A DNA stretch of 64,000 nucleotides from Marsupella aquatica (taxonomy: Eukaryota > Plantae > Marchantiophyta). The translations under genes were made by a program, and so were the position numbers. The stretch spans positions 13,124,549-13,188,548 of the forward strand of contig OZ316896.1 of the NCBI GenBank assembly GCA_973895155.1, read 5' to 3'. Positions 26,490 through 40,802 of this stretch are shown piece after piece (position 1 is the first letter of the stretch; each line of letters opens with the position of its first letter). The notes below the pieces were generated by a model that saw only the letters and a program-made list of their open reading frames with translations, ran no database searches and was not told the DNA's origin.

Positions 26490-28726
26490 TTGAATAACCC
26501 ATTCTGTACAGTCCCATCTGTTGCCGACCGACGATGTTATCTATACGGACCAACTAGCGAACCAACCCTCTGGAGGGGTTTTTACATTGCCATTTGATTT
26601 GCGCCAAAGTTTGTACCATACTCATCTAAAAGGGAAAGCTGAAAATACGCAGGCAACACTGAATACTCGAAGCTCGTTTGTGGGCTGTTTCCTCTCATCG
26701 CATTTGTAGACGAAGGAGAGAAATGTTACGTTGCGGATAATTTACAGTAGACACAGACTTAGAAAGAGATTAGGTAGAATTCAATTAAAATTTTGGAGAT
26801 CTTGATGTGACGGAGGAAAGGACTACGCGATGTGATGAGATCAATCATTCATTATTGCTTTGCCAACACTCCCAGCGCCCCCTGCTAGTCAGCATCTCGA
26901 GCTTCTTTGATGAGATTGTCGCTTCGGTAGGACGGTTTGACGTTGCCATGAAAAATTTCGGGATTTTTGTGATTGGCATGTACATATTACTTCTTACCGA
27001 CAAGAAAATTTTGTTCTCATCCTATCAATAACACTCATTTGACGCGAAAGTGCGCAAACTGTTGCTCTTCATTCGGATGGTTCATTGTATCACATCTCCG
27101 TCCACTACGCTTTACTGTTCCATTTTGTTTCCACTATCGCTGATTGGTGAATACAAAAGATTTAGCAGAACAAATACACGAATATTAGAGAACGTGAAGT
27201 CTTCCTCCTGTAGTTATTGAGTAGAAATGTTCTCCTCATTTGTATTGCGACAAAAATCATATGCTTCATTGGCTGTAATGGCCGAGCTCCGAACGTGGAA
27301 TGTGACTGAGTAAATCGTTGTTCGTTACAGAACGTGTACAATTCTACCCCATGGCTATGTGGGTAGAGTCGTCTTAACGTTCGAATCTAGGGTTAGTCAC
27401 CTACAAGTACATCGTATGTGGTTTTCTGGTCTCGTGACTTGGTCGTACGCTGTATATATTGAATTACAAAAATCCTTCACCGTCGCCAACTAATGTGCTT
27501 TTGGATAAGAATCCGTGTTTTGCTTTTGACATTGTATTGATCTGGATAATGTGGACGAGAAGCCACTGGCTGTTGCCGCCTGAATAAAAATTCGTGTATC
27601 GGACCACAACTGTACAAGTGTTTAGTCGTTTGCTCACGCTCTCATAACGTAAGGCGTTACTTATGTGCGGATCTACTTTCTTCGCGAGGTTTCGATCAGT
27701 GAACGCTCAGCTGCATGTTCGGAAGGGTCATTTTTTAAATTCCTTCTCTTGTATACTGTAGCATGGAACAGGTCTGCGCAATCCAAGGGATGCGATTAAT
27801 GCGCAAAACATGCTCCACCGTGATGCCGTGACTGACTGACTGCTCCGGGACTTCGAGCTTAGGTCATTTTTAGGAAGCCAAATGAATTACGAATTGTAAC
27901 GCTTGACCACTGTTATATCATTTGCCGGAGTCTCGTTTCCATGGTACGAAATTAAGACCAAAAAAGGTTGCATTTAGCTCGTGTGTGTGGCGAGACGGTA
28001 AGCTCCTCATGTGCTATACGTTTCCCGGATCAGCGCTTTCAAACCAATGTTTGTAAATCATGGATTCAGGGAGTCAGGAGATGATGAATTCACGCGCAAG
28101 GTTGGAACAATAGAAGTGCACTTATGGACGATTTCTAGAGTGCCAAGCGTTTGCACACTGAAACAATTATGACGATGTTCGTAAAGAGGCTACACACACA
28201 ACTACTGTTACAACCCTTCTCTAAAACCATCTCGATTCAGGAGTCATGGGATGCTGATTCTCCTGCAAAATTGGAACAAGAGAAGCGCATTGTTGGACGA
28301 TTTCTAGCGAGCCAGACGTTTGCACAAAAAGATACAGTGACAGTGATCGAAAACCACTTACACGTTGATCATATAAGAAATCACAAACGGGACGCTTCTA
28401 GCTTCGCGCAGGATGGATCATGGCACACAAATGTGGTCGCCCCAGATTGAGTCTGTCTCATGAAGATATCCTTTACACGCGTGCATCCAGAAAAAATGCA
28501 TGCCGGTAGACATAGACATACCGGCAGAGCCCGAACTCGCTGAATTATCCCAGCTGACGGTGGAGCGGAGCTTCGACTGTGGGCCATGGTCAATCAATCC
28601 AAACAACCGGACTACACTAGGGGGTCCAAATACAACGAATTTTTTAGAGTAGAAAAAAATGTTTTTTTAACTATTTTTCTATCTTTATCTTGTGGGAATA
28701 TTCTAAAACATTCACAAATTTCCTTG

Positions 28727-28729
<3 letters not shown>

Positions 28730-28761
<32 letters not shown>

Positions 28762-28910
28762 CAAGCCACTAAAACCCCGTGGCAGGGGAAGCAAGCAGAA
28801 CAGGTCAAGTAACACCAGAACCAGCAAAAGCCAGACCAGTACAGCCCAAGGGCACATACGAAACATTCACAAATTTCATTTCTAAAACTCTATTTTTTCT
28901 TATAATTCTC

Positions 28911-28942
<32 letters not shown>

Positions 28943-29098
28943 AGCAAGCCACTAAAACCCCGTGGCAGGGGAAGCAAGCAGAACAGGTCAAGTAACACCA
29001 GAACCAGCAAAAGCCAGACCAGTACAGCCCAAGGGCACATACGAAACATTCACAAATTTCATTTCTAAAACTCTATTTTTTCTTATAATTCTCAAATT
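28730..29098. repeat. (TA)n plus 155-bp block, duplicated in tandem
   Basis: 28761-28915 appears identical to 28944-29098, each preceded by a (TA)n run. Confidence 0.95.
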
Positions 29099-29197
29099 TT
29101 GATTTTTAAAACCCCAATGTTCTTTTACATACATTTAATAGTATTTTTCTCAACCCAATAATAAAACACTATACTTACTTTCACGTTATGGGTAAAA

Positions 29198-29605
29198 AAG
29201 AAATAAGTGAGTACCCCGGGTACCTCCTACAATGGTCACACACATGTTTTGGAGCACAGTTCAGGCTAGAACCCCAAGTCCATGATGGGTAGAAAAGCAA
29301 TAAGTGAGGACCCCGGGTACCTCCCACAATGGTCACACACATGTTTTGGAGCACAAAAGAAATAAGTGAGGACCCCGGGTACCTCCTACAATGGTCACGC
29401 ACATGTTTTGGAGCACAGCTGAGGCTAGAACCCCAAGTCCCTTATAGGACCTAGCTACAATGGTTACACACATGTTTTGGAGCACCGTTCAGGCTAGAAC
29501 CCCAAGTACATTATAGAACCTAATTATTGTCTGGGAAAATGTTATTTTCTGGGCAAGAAATTATGAGAATAAGCAGTTACCTCCTACAATGGTTACACAC
29601 ATGCA
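29198..29605. repeat. Compound degenerate repeat (~60-110-bp units)
   Basis: AATAAGTGAGGACCCCGGGTACCTCCTACAATGGTCACACACATGTTTTGGAGCACA core recurs about 5 times, partly truncated. Confidence 0.85.
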
Positions 29606-29616
29606 TTCTCGTCACA

Positions 29617-29818
29617 AAATTAGGAGATGCAAAGGTTGGTACACAGTCACATTCGGGACAGAAATTAGGAGATGCAAAGGTTGTTACACAGTCACATTCG
29701 GGACAGAAATTAGGAGATGCAAAGGTTGTTACACAGTCACATTCGGGACAGAAATTAGGAGATGCAAAGGTTGTTACACAGTCACATTCGGGACAAAAAT
29801 TAGGAGATGCAAAGGTTG
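29617..29818. repeat. 45-bp minisatellite x4.5
   Basis: AAATTAGGAGATGCAAAGGTTGTTACACAGTCACATTCGGGACAG at 29617, 29662, 29707, 29752 and partial at 29797. Confidence 0.95.
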
Positions 29819-31000
29819 GGGCATAGGGCTTCTGGCGCACAATCATGAATCTAGTTGAGGGACCCGAGGGTGGAACCTTCTGTAGTTCTGTGCAGTCTGC
29901 AGCAAGATTACCTCGATCCTTTCGTTCACGTAAGTTTCGTTCTTGCACACCCGTCACTCCCGTCAGCAATCATTTGTCCCCTGATGCATGCACAACGTAT
30001 CATTTCTCCCCTGATGCACGCACAACGTCCGCAGCTCCTGCTCGCAACAGTTACGTGCAGTAGGTTCTCAATCGAAGTAGCAGCCTGAGTGCCTGACCCA
30101 TGACACAGCGACGAACCAGAACACAATGCAACTCACTGGAAGGCATGCGAGCATAGTTTCGGTGCAACTTGCTCCATTCAATATATCTGAAAAGGACCAC
30201 ATGCTCTATAGCCTCCAAATTCTGATGAATCGTTTGAAGAGAAAGGAAGGAAGCGATATCCAGGCGGTACATCATGCTTCAGTCATTGACCTGCGCAATC
30301 GAGCACCAGGCTAGCGATGCCACGAAGCTTCTGGAGAAGCTCCGCCTTTGCTTAGATTGTACGCAACGGACCTACTAGATTGTTGCAGTGCCCCTTTATT
30401 ATAGGGTAAATATCCTGTCATGGCAATGGAAACGCGCCGGAACACTTTATCAGGTCCATCTAATTATGTTCAATCAATGTGTCCGAAGTACATTCATGAG
30501 CTCTCACTGAGCGGAAACACCGATTTGCTGCCTGCAGAGTATATCCAACTGGCCTGGGCTTTAAAAATTGGAATTGCCTGGCCGACATAAAATTATTTCG
30601 GTGGTCCCAACTGGTTTCCTTGTCAATGTCGTCGTGTATTCCACCTGCCGATTACAGGTCTCACGTTTCCGGCTTCCCACCTGAGATCTAATGCCATGCC
30701 AGACTGACAGACTCACGAGTGAATTCAAGTGACAGCAACTTATATGCCGAGAAAGGATTTTGAAGGGACAAGTGCTACATTTTCGAACTGGAAGAGATGT
30801 CTGTCACGTTGATTATTAAAACTCTATGGGAAAATGAGTAATTTGCATGGCGAATATTAATATTATCCCTCGATCCTTTGTCATATCCATTCCTTTGTGG
30901 ATCCGGGCTCTCCAATGAGGTGGTCATATATTCAGCTATCTTCTCAAAATGCTAACAAACATATCATCAAATTTGATCTCCTTCCAATGCCTGACGCGTT

Positions 31001-31240
31001 TCAGTACGAGAGATTTAGGACGATGGCGAAATTCCGAACAGCTGTCAGAAAACTGCTGTGTTCGGAAAAATCGTGCATGCCAAAACTGTACTCGTACTCA
31101 AAATCTCCTCAGGGAATGGCTTTCGTTCTGGACACGTTTCTGCCATCGAAAACAGGAATCACACGGATGATGCTGTCGATCAGTGTCATCTGTACCGACA
31201 GATCTAATCTGTCCGACTTCGGGTCCAACTTGTCCGACAT
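31001..31240 (-). mobile_element. Decayed retrotransposon Gag-like N-terminal fragment
   Basis: MSDKLDPKSDRLDLSVQMTLIDSIIRVIPVFDGRNVSR...*GDFEYEYSFGMHDFSE...AVRNFAIV; +PxFDGxNVS is a common Ty3/gypsy Gag start motif; in-frame TGA at 31109-31111. Confidence 0.4.
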
Positions 31241-33879
31241 TCATCATCCTCTCAGACACAGTCTAACCACCTAGAGATTTACTTAGAACCTACGTTGCCA
31301 TTTTGCACTAGATGGTCCAGTGGATGGTTTTCCGTCGACAGACTTTAACCACCGCGAGATCTCTCGATCGTTAGTACTTAGCGTTCCTATCTTTCACAAT
31401 GAAATCGCTCGTATGCGTGCATTCAGAGCTAGCACTTGGCACCAATCCACCAGTCAATCCCTCAAGCAGAGCCAAAGTATGGTAACAACGTACTATGCTC
31501 GTAGAAATGATGAACGACCAATTCTAGGGTCTGGAGCTGAAATCGAGTAACATTGCTGCGAAAGACTTCGGGGTCTATCTCATAGACAATATAAAACAAT
31601 CATGGCTAACTAAAGCATTTTCTCATCACCGATCCATGGGTTGCTCCTGACAATGGCAGGTAGAGATCTATCAATAGAATATTTATTGAAGTGGAAAGAA
31701 TGATGATAAATCACAGCTCGCACACGTTCCATCGATCCACGCGGACTACCGGTAGGTTGTGTGTCGTCCAACGGGGATCCTGAAACGATTGTGGTGGACT
31801 AGTCCTGTCAGTGAAAGGCGGAGGCAGAGACCATCAGAAAAATTTGTGGGAAAGTTGAGATGACCTGCAGATTCTGTCACGGACATCATTCTCCTAGTCG
31901 CTAATGAATAAACAATTTGACGAGTTTTTGTCATTTTTTATGCGCTCATGCAACGGGAGATGACTTAGATAGCGCATGTAATATAATCTTACATGATTTA
32001 CGGAAAGATCCCGTCGTCGTGAAATCTTGATGGATCATATTCATGATGAAAGGGAAATCTCCCAAAAGGTTGGTGCAGTTAATATTTAACAATTCAATGC
32101 TCTCCAGAAAACATTCGCATTGTTGCACTACAGATTGAATTTTCAGACAGCCTGCAAATAATCGTGAAGTTGCCTTACAGATTCAATTTTGCAGATGGCC
32201 TCTGCAGTCTGTGAAAGGGCGGCCAATGAACTGGATCGAAAATAATTCTTCAGCATTTGCTGTTCCCTTTTGCGTCTCACACGTACAGTAGACCTTTCTT
32301 ATAAGTACCCTGCTTGGCTCCTTCCTAGTTTCCTTCCGGCGGGTTTCCAGCTTATGACATTTAGCTCACGACATACCTGCTGTCCACGAACTGACAAGCT
32401 CCCGCCGAAACCTGATCACTTGCCGATCTTTAGGAGTTTGCTGCTCCGACTCTAGTCTCTAAATGTCTTGTTTATTGCCTCCTCCTGAGGCCCAGCTTCG
32501 TTCCTGGTGCCGGCTTTCCCGGTTTTCTTCGACCCTTTGGTCCTTTGGGTTGTTGTCCCTCTTTTAGGCCCCCCGATCTGCTGGCTATTTGAATGGAGTT
32601 CATTTGGTTTTTTCGAGGCAAACACAAACTGACAAGCTCATAAAAATAGCTGGGTATCCTTGCTGTCTACCGCCTTGTCTACCCTACTCGTCTGTAGCTC
32701 CTGTGTACTATAAAGGACGAAGTAGATGTGCTTTCGGCACAGATCCTAGAGTATTTGACATAACAGCTAGTCAGATCGATAATGTCGTCATCAGATATTT
32801 TTTCGTCTCTCGGAATTCAGATTTAGATGTGTTATTCTCCATGTCCAGAACATGGTGGAGCGCATGAATCCAGAACCATCACAGGACAGGAGTACAGGAC
32901 GGTGCTATTGTGCTCCATCGCCATGTCTTTCCCAAGATTTCAGCTTTTGTCTGTCCCAAGCAGTGTTCTTTTGCCCCACCACGGACGTACTCTTATTACT
33001 TCCGTATCACCATCCGCAGATGTGTGGTACAGGGATCCAAACGGGCCGGCGTTCGCGCTCTCCATTGCATGTCGTCTCAATTCAATCAGTAATTATAGTC
33101 TTTCATGCCCGGGGTTTCATGGGTTGGCTCCAATGTCCTTCCCAACTTCCCATTCAGTGGAATGCGGGACCTCCAATTCAGTGGCTAGCAATTCAGGATG
33201 ACTGCAGGATTGACAAAATACTATAAATACCTGTCAAGAAGAGTAGGACCCATGGCTTCGGTGTGAGGCCAGGGCGGGCCCGCCGAGGGATATGGAATCG
33301 AGAAACAATATAGAGCATCTACGTAGCTCAATGTGGAGCAGGGCGATTGCAGCCCGCAACTATAATCTGCCACGTTCCCAACGAACAAACTGCCAGGCCA
33401 TCAGGTGAAGACAGTAAGGAGGAGCGTCGGTTTCGATATTATTGCCACTGGTGGAATGATGTACTAACTGCTGCTGCTATCGCGGGCTGCTGCTGGTCCA
33501 TTTCGCTTCGAACTTCTCTGTTGAATACGACATCCATCCGGCCGGTAGTAGACGCACATTAATAATTATGAAGGCCGAACTGAATCGATTTGGAGCGCAC
33601 CAAGTTGGCTGAACCGGGAGGGAGCGAGAGAGAGAGTTGGAAAACAGAGCTGCTAGTTTTGTTGCGTGAGAGAGTTAAGACGGAAAACTTAGTACAAAGC
33701 CAACCTGCCAAATCATCGAACGGCTTCCTGTTCTTTTCAATCAGGGAGGTCGTTCCTAAGAGGAGCACTTTGGACCTGGAACAATACAGTAGAACCAAAA
33801 CTACGTGCACGATGCCTTCAACCTGCGCTTCAAAACCATACACCGAGAAAAATGGAATTGTCGAAGAGAAGTCAGATTA

Positions 33880-34760
33880 GCCAACTTGAGATTCTGAACC
33901 ATTTTCAGACATGGTCCAAGATCAACGTGAAGTAGTGTCGAGATTACATCGATTTTCTGTCGGGGCGACAGGGAAAAGTCGAGAGCGTTAAGTCAGAAAA
34001 CAATTGGCTGAAGCAACGAGGGGAAAATGAATTACGGTTTACATTGCCGTTCCCAATTCGAGAACCTTCAAATTAAATCTCGCACCATTTTAGTGATTTT
34101 TGTAGGAAGAGCAATTTGCCCTCCAGGCGACACATAGAAACTTGCACAGCAGTAAGCACATTATGTCTCGCAATTTTCTAATCATTGTATAGATTAGTAT
34201 ATCAATTCGCCCTAGTCTCCTGGAGACACTTCGAAACTTTTTTTTGGCTTGAAAGATCATTTGGAAATACATTCACAAATACAGCATACAAACAGGTGAC
34301 CGACACTTCGGAACTAGCAGTAAGTAAGAAAACAATTAGCTGAAACAGTGATAGACATTAAGGCATGACGTCTCCCATTGTCACCTCGTCCCTATCGACG
34401 CAGATTCTAGCTCGTACTTTTTTTAATAATGCCATGTGTACTGATCACATGTTCTCTAATAGACGCTTCAGATTCTAGCTCGCATTTTTTTAATGATGCA
34501 ATGATTGTGTCAGATTACATCGATTGCCCTCCTGGTGACACAGTCATGGAGAGAGTGAGTAATAACAAGAAAACAATTGGCTGAAGCAACCAGAAGTGGG
34601 GAATCCCGGGTTCTATAGCTGTTGCTCAGTAGAACCTTCGGATCCTATCTCGCGCTATTTTAATGAGTTGTCTACAGATTACGTCCTGCATGGATGCGAC
34701 ACAATCACGAAAACTTGAAAGCTAACCAGTGAGCAAGAAAACAATTGGCTGAGGGAACCG
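33880..34760. repeat. Old degenerate repeat cluster (~4 copies)
   Basis: AGATTACATCGATT... and AGAAAACAATTGGCTGAAGCAAC-like motifs recur at ~33940-34020, ~34325, ~34510-34590 and ~34675-34750. Confidence 0.65.
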
Positions 34761-35377
34761 CAAATTCCTCCCATCCAGGAAGTCAGAGATGCCTCCGAAG
34801 CTTCTCTTAGGTGGGAGCTCGCCGGAAATGGGAAGCCGTTGGAATCCGTCAACGAGTTCAATCCTCTGATAGTCTGATGGGTCAAGGTTTGCATGATCTA
34901 CGGGACGAAAACACGAATGCTTCGCGAATGTGTCTGCCTCACAGGCAGTCCAACTTTATTAATCAGTTCTCCTCTGGCCTTTTGCTTGGCTTTTAGGGCC
35001 GTCTTGCATGTCCTTCAAAAACAGGCCTTTCAGACAAACGGTGGCAGCCCCTGAGTGAACAAAACTGTCCCCTAAACGAGGCCGTCTTGACGACACTAAA
35101 CTAGGACTTGGAAGGGCAAGGCGCACAAACCTTGCAGCCCTTCACAGTCCCGACCTTTGATCTGCACATACGACAATGGCAGCCTCAATCCCCTCTACTG
35201 CTCCCGGTAAACTAAGCGGCACATAACAACAAAGGTGGACATGAGCCCCTCAGCACATCCAACACGTAACACAGGGGAGGATCGAGTTGTTAAACCAAAT
35301 CCCTGATTTTGTGTAAGTTTCGCTTTGTGAAAGGCCACATTCTTGAGGACCGAGCTCTTTCACACTACCGGCAATAA

Positions 35378-35940
35378 GGGTTGTCTTGCATGTGCCATGT
35401 GTTAAAACATGGGCCCTTATTAGGAGACTTGTCCCCAAAAAAGTTACATACAAAATCTGCACACAATTGGCTAAGGCAAGTATTTGTTGTATATGAAACT
35501 AGTCTGACTACCCGTTACTTGAACGTAAATAAAATTGAAAACAAAAAACTTTGAAAAAAAGACATCTATACTCTCTTCCATTATCTTTGCATATCTATTT
35601 TTCTTGCACCTCTTAAATTTGTCTTATTTAGAGTCATTATACATTTTATCCTTATTTGAGTTAGGGTCTAGAGGTTTGACTCGAGGCCAAAGCCCTTAAA
35701 AGTAGCTTATGTTTGCGATTATATAGTAAGATTGCAAGGTGAGGACTATAAGGGCAGCAAACATTGCTGCCTGTGCCCTTGAAAGTGCACTTGTTTAAGC
35801 CATGAGGGCTGGCTCAAGAGGGGGGCAAGGCAGGAAAGTCTCGGTCAGTCCCAAGGTTTCACCTCATCACACAGTCCCAAGGTTTCACCTCATCACATGG
35901 AGGGCTGATTATTTCAGGACGCTCACATGCAAGACAGCCC
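35378..35940. mobile_element. Tourist-like (PIF/Harbinger) MITE, 563 bp
   Basis: TIRs GGGTTGTCTTGCATGTG and CACATGCAAGACAGCCC (16/17 match) with TAA on both sides; a second left end (TTA-GGGCCGTCTTGCATGT) at ~34996. Confidence 0.75.
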
Positions 35941-38900
35941 TAAAGTCAAACAAGAGTTCCATTGTTTTCTATGTGTGAGATGCAATCTAAGCATTCATAT
36001 GTGTAAACAGACCATCAGACTTCAGTGTACATGAACTTGGGGGCACAATTAACCAAAACCATTACCCAACCTAAACCACTACCCAACCTAGTCATCTGTT
36101 AGTGGCCCCCTATGGGTCCTACTTTTTGCAGATGTGTGCATGTTTTTTGTCAAAAATTTAGACCTCCTTTTGAGATGGACTAAAAAAACTCGAGCAAACG
36201 GCTTTCTTTTTGGAAAATTGCATTTATTACTTCCAAACCTGACACATTTTGGCTAAGGCATTTTAACTTTTGTGTGAGGAAGTGGCCATCAGCTTTGCTT
36301 TGGATGGAGAGACACTCAACGGCCCCCACAGTCTTGTAAAGCCCCCCTAAATTGCAATAGACTGAAAATTGTCGTCACCACTTTATTCCATTTCCAAACA
36401 TAAAAGAAAAAAGTGAAGATGCGATGGCACACCTTTTGACATACAAAAATTTGTACAATGCTCTCTAGTAACAAGGGTCAGATCAATTGGGGAATAAGAC
36501 CACTCCCACCAAGTGCTGCTCCTCCAAACAGCTGATCCATTAGGGCATCCACAACTTGGATTCAAAGGTGTGGATGATGGCTTTTGGCCATAAACAAATT
36601 ATCATAATTTATTCACAGGGTTAAATGTCCAACTAGAGTGACTTGAGCTCATGGCATATCAGTGTATATCCAATATTCTAGGTGAACATTATTGATGGGG
36701 GGCATAGAAACAACATCAAACATATGTAAAATTTTGCACTTATCTATCCTACATTGAACAGACATCAATGACTCTATATAAAATCATTTTTGTGATGATG
36801 GATTGTTCCTGCCAGAGTGCTCCCAGTTTGACCCAACAGCAGTTTGGTGGGGGTGCTCTAAAAGAATATATTTATACACAATAACCATGGTAATGAAGGA
36901 AAGGCAGCTCCTTCAATTGAATGAGAAATAAGGCATAGTCAAAATACCTAGAGTAATCCATCAAAACCTTCTGTTAACAGTCAAATATAGGTTTACTTGT
37001 GATATTTGGAGAATAAATCATGTAAATTTAAACATTTCATGTGTATCCTAAATCTTATCAAACGATTTGTGACCATGTCCAGCTTTCACTTTTGGAAAGT
37101 TTACATAAAAATTTGGCGAAATTTTGCACAGTATTATATCTGAATAAGCCTCACAGTTATTTATTGGTCGTGTGGGCCTGACAAAAAGATTTTGAAACAT
37201 TGGGGCCTGATTGAATGGCTTTTCTCAGATGGGGTCCCACTAATTATTTCTGAGTCACTTAGGGTGGCTGTACAATACGCTCACGGCACTTGTGATTTTT
37301 AGGTGTGATTTTTAGGTGTGATTTTTTTTCAACAAACCAAACTCGAGGGTCAGTTCTTGTTCTAAAGAAAACTCCAGACCAAAAGCAAATTTGAAATGAA
37401 CTCAATGAACTCCAATCCCTTGATTGAAGGAACCAAAGTTTAGAAAGATTCCAAACCAATTGAATTTGAACCACCTTTAATCCAGAGATGGTCTAAAATT
37501 CTGTATTTGCTAGGGCCCATTGCTTGCCATCTAGGGTCAGTACTCAGTAGACACCACAATACCTTAATGGGTCCCCAATTCTTGTAAAGCCAAACATAGC
37601 CTTTCCAGTCATTATATATGGTCCAGATTTAGTTTAGTCATGAAGGGAACAAACAGAAGACAACGGGGTCCACTGCTTGTGAAGCCACTCAAACAAATGA
37701 AATATCTGTTGTGTGCTGTATTTTCCTGCTTTTCTGCGCCAATGCGGCACCATGAGCCATGAATAATCAGAGCATGTGGGGCCCTAGAGCATTGCGACAG
37801 GGATAGAAGCTTCCATAGATTTGTGGACTTGCTCGTGTGGCTCACTGGCTCTGTTCACGCCGACTAGGATATTCAGATTTTGCTGCACTAGAGAAGTTGA
37901 TTGATTGTGGGAGATAGCAGTGGGTCAGCCAGCTTCCAATTCGGTGGGCCATGATGAATCAATTTCAGCCCTACTTAACTTCATTGGCTTCTAAGCTGTG
38001 ACCCACGTTCGCTCTCCTGGCCATGTCTTGTAGGTCATTCCTTTGCTCCAATGATTATGCCGGATTGACCTACGAGTGAGGCACGTTGTTTGCTGTATCC
38101 TACATTCCTACTCTTCTTTTCGCTGGTGTAGATTGTCAACCTCAAATCCTGGATTGGGGTACTTGCGGGTTCTGTGGAGGTGCCTCCAGCGTCATTTTTA
38201 AAGTTTGTCTAGAATGACGAAATGTCTCCTTTTGTGATGGAGAAGATGTTTGCAAAGATTTTCCTAGAGTGACGAGTGTCACCTTGTGTGAAGAAGAAGA
38301 TGCTAGGATTATTTCTGACAGTCAGGTCTCCCGAAAGTATTATTATTAGATTCTAGTTTATGGGGTCAGTGGCTAGGTGGGATACTGGCTAATGGAAGAC
38401 AAAAACCTAGAGAATTTTGCCCTTTAGTTAGGGCGGCAACTGGCTAATAGAAGACAAAATATCTGCAGAATTTTAGCCACAAGTGGCAAAGACTTCTTGG
38501 AGATGTGACGTCTCGAAAATTTTTGCCACTAAAAATAGTGCTAGCAGTCTAAAGCGAGCACTATACATATTCAGTTTGTCCCGCCTGATTTTGAGCAAAT
38601 AGAATTGAATTCACTGATTGGTAGTAGAGTATTGAACAGACACAACAAATTATGTATGAAAATAGTTTTTAAAGAGACAGAACCCCCATGCAAGACGCTG
38701 ATGGGGAAATTGATAATGTGAATGCATTGTTGTTCATTGGATGCAAAGAGTGGAAGATGATAGTGGTGGTGCTGATTATGATAATTGTAACATGACAGTC
38801 TGATTGAAAACTCATTTTTTGTACACGAGAAATACGCAAGGATCAAAATAGTTGGTTTCTCTGATAATGATATTTCTGCCAAAATAGTTGCAGGGTTGAT

Positions 38901-40802
38901 TCCTGTAGATTTGTTTCTAGGAACGCTATCCAACACTGTGATCCACAGATCCTGTTACAAAAATAGAGTTTCTCCTTCGCACTTTGACCCTTTGTTCTGA
39001 TTCCTTCAAGTCGAAGGACACCACCCACGTTTGATACCCTTTCTGTTTTAAAACAATTTGGACGAAGAGCTTAATTTTGGCTGGATGTATGGAAAAGTAT
39101 GTATGCTTAACATGCTGCTCGCTTTGCTATGTGATAGAATAGGCTGGAAAATTGTCACAAACGATGTTAACCGATCTCCACTATGTGTGCCGTGAGAGTA
39201 GACTGAGGAAACAGGGACTGATTCTACTATGAATAGAGTAGGTGATTCCAGAAACAACGTTTCGAGCAAGGGTGACATGCCTTCTCTTTTTTCATCGTCA
39301 ATTGAAAGTCTTCCAAAAATATTGCAACTAGCTGGACCTATTGAAGCTCTTCTCTGGAAAGCAACCTGACGATCCACAGAAATGCCTTCAAAGTAACTAG
39401 ATGAGCAAACATTATTTTCATACTAAAGGGAACAACCGTGCAAGCACCACACTATCATCAATGTCTAGATATTGTGAAGTACAGGAGCGTCCTGACTGGG
39501 ATGAGAGGAAGTTTTTCGAAAGAAGGATTCATGAAATTCAGAGAGATACCACAAAAGTGCCATTCAGTAGACGACGTTCGCACCCGCAAGAGAAAATTCA
39601 TCATCCGAATCTACTTCCTCCATTGGCTTCTTCCATGTACCTGTATCCCGTCGCCCAGTCTATCTGTTTTCTATGCCGCTCTACTACTAACTTCAATGAC
39701 TCTTCTGCAACATCTCGGAGCAGATATCGATCCTCAACCCCAACAACAAACCTCCCACAGAGTGCCCGAAAGGGATTTCCATCTCCAACAGTCCAATTGA
39801 GTATAATGGCATTGTCAAAAGCTCCATGACCGCCTGCAGAAATCCTACTGATAACCGACATGACCCCGCGAAGTCTGGTATGGGTAGCACAGACTCAGCA
39901 TCGTCAGAGGGGTATACTGTGGGTCCTTCGGAATTTTTCCATCGAATTCAACTCGGCAGAAAACATCCAGGACCAGAGTGAAAAACCTGGTAAGCATATA
40001 CCGAAACAATCAATTCAGGAAGGGCCGCTGGCTACAGTAGCGATCTCGCGGAAAGAATTCTCAATTTACTTCCCATAAGCACCTTAGCACAAATCTTACA
40101 CATCAATCGAGGAATAACCTTGCAAGGACGACACCAAACATCAAAGACTAGACATTGCGGCAAACCTAGATACATGACAATCCTGACTAGAATGAGAGGA
40201 AAATTTGCGAAAGAAGGATTTCATGAACTTCGGAGATATCCCACAAAAGTGCCATATGCACTGGCATGGCCCTCGGTTTTAACCACCTCAAGAAAACTGG
40301 TTTGGTCATCACAATGTGTGTGAGATCTGTTCTTAGTTTCATGAAGCATCAGCAGACTCTGTGCCTCACTAGTTCTACCCATTGGCTCTGGAGGTGTTTG
40401 GGAACCTTTACTATATCTTTGACCATTCCTTATGAACTTGGGGGTGGTACTTTGTGTTGAGTGGAGGTTTAGGGTTTATCCACCTTCTTTAGACAGCAGG
40501 TGTTAGGTGTATGTTGCATTTCAAAGGGCTGCTGCATTTATTATCCTTTGTAGGGGTGAGGTGGTTGGTTTCAGGGACTCTAGTCAAATCCCTTTGCAGA
40601 ACTCTCCTATGCAGTTTACCCCAACCTTCTATCATGGTTTTCAGCTAGTCACTATACTTCGTAAGGGTGAGGCGGTTGGTTTTAGATCCTCTAGTCAAAT
40701 CTCTTTGCAGAATTCTTCTACAGTTTACCCCATAATTCTACTAGGCTTTTCAATAAATAGTTTCTTTCTCACCCGTCTCCAAACTATCCAATATTAGTAA
40801 CA

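Noticed and set aside
24593-26553. Minus-strand ORFs over the kinase
   Set aside because: Antisense shadows of the AGC kinase exons.
27350-27400. tRNA-like GTTCGAATC motif
   Set aside because: Too short, and no cloverleaf or anticodon arm can be formed.
29527-29969. Repeat proteins (KLGDAKVVTQSHSGQ)n or Cys-rich (FASPNFCPECDCVTT)n
   Set aside because: The 45-bp unit is a multiple of 3 and open in several frames on both strands, with almost no synonymous divergence; a minisatellite artefact.
30897-31274. 125-aa plus-strand ORF
   Set aside because: Better explained as the antisense of the Gag-like remnant.
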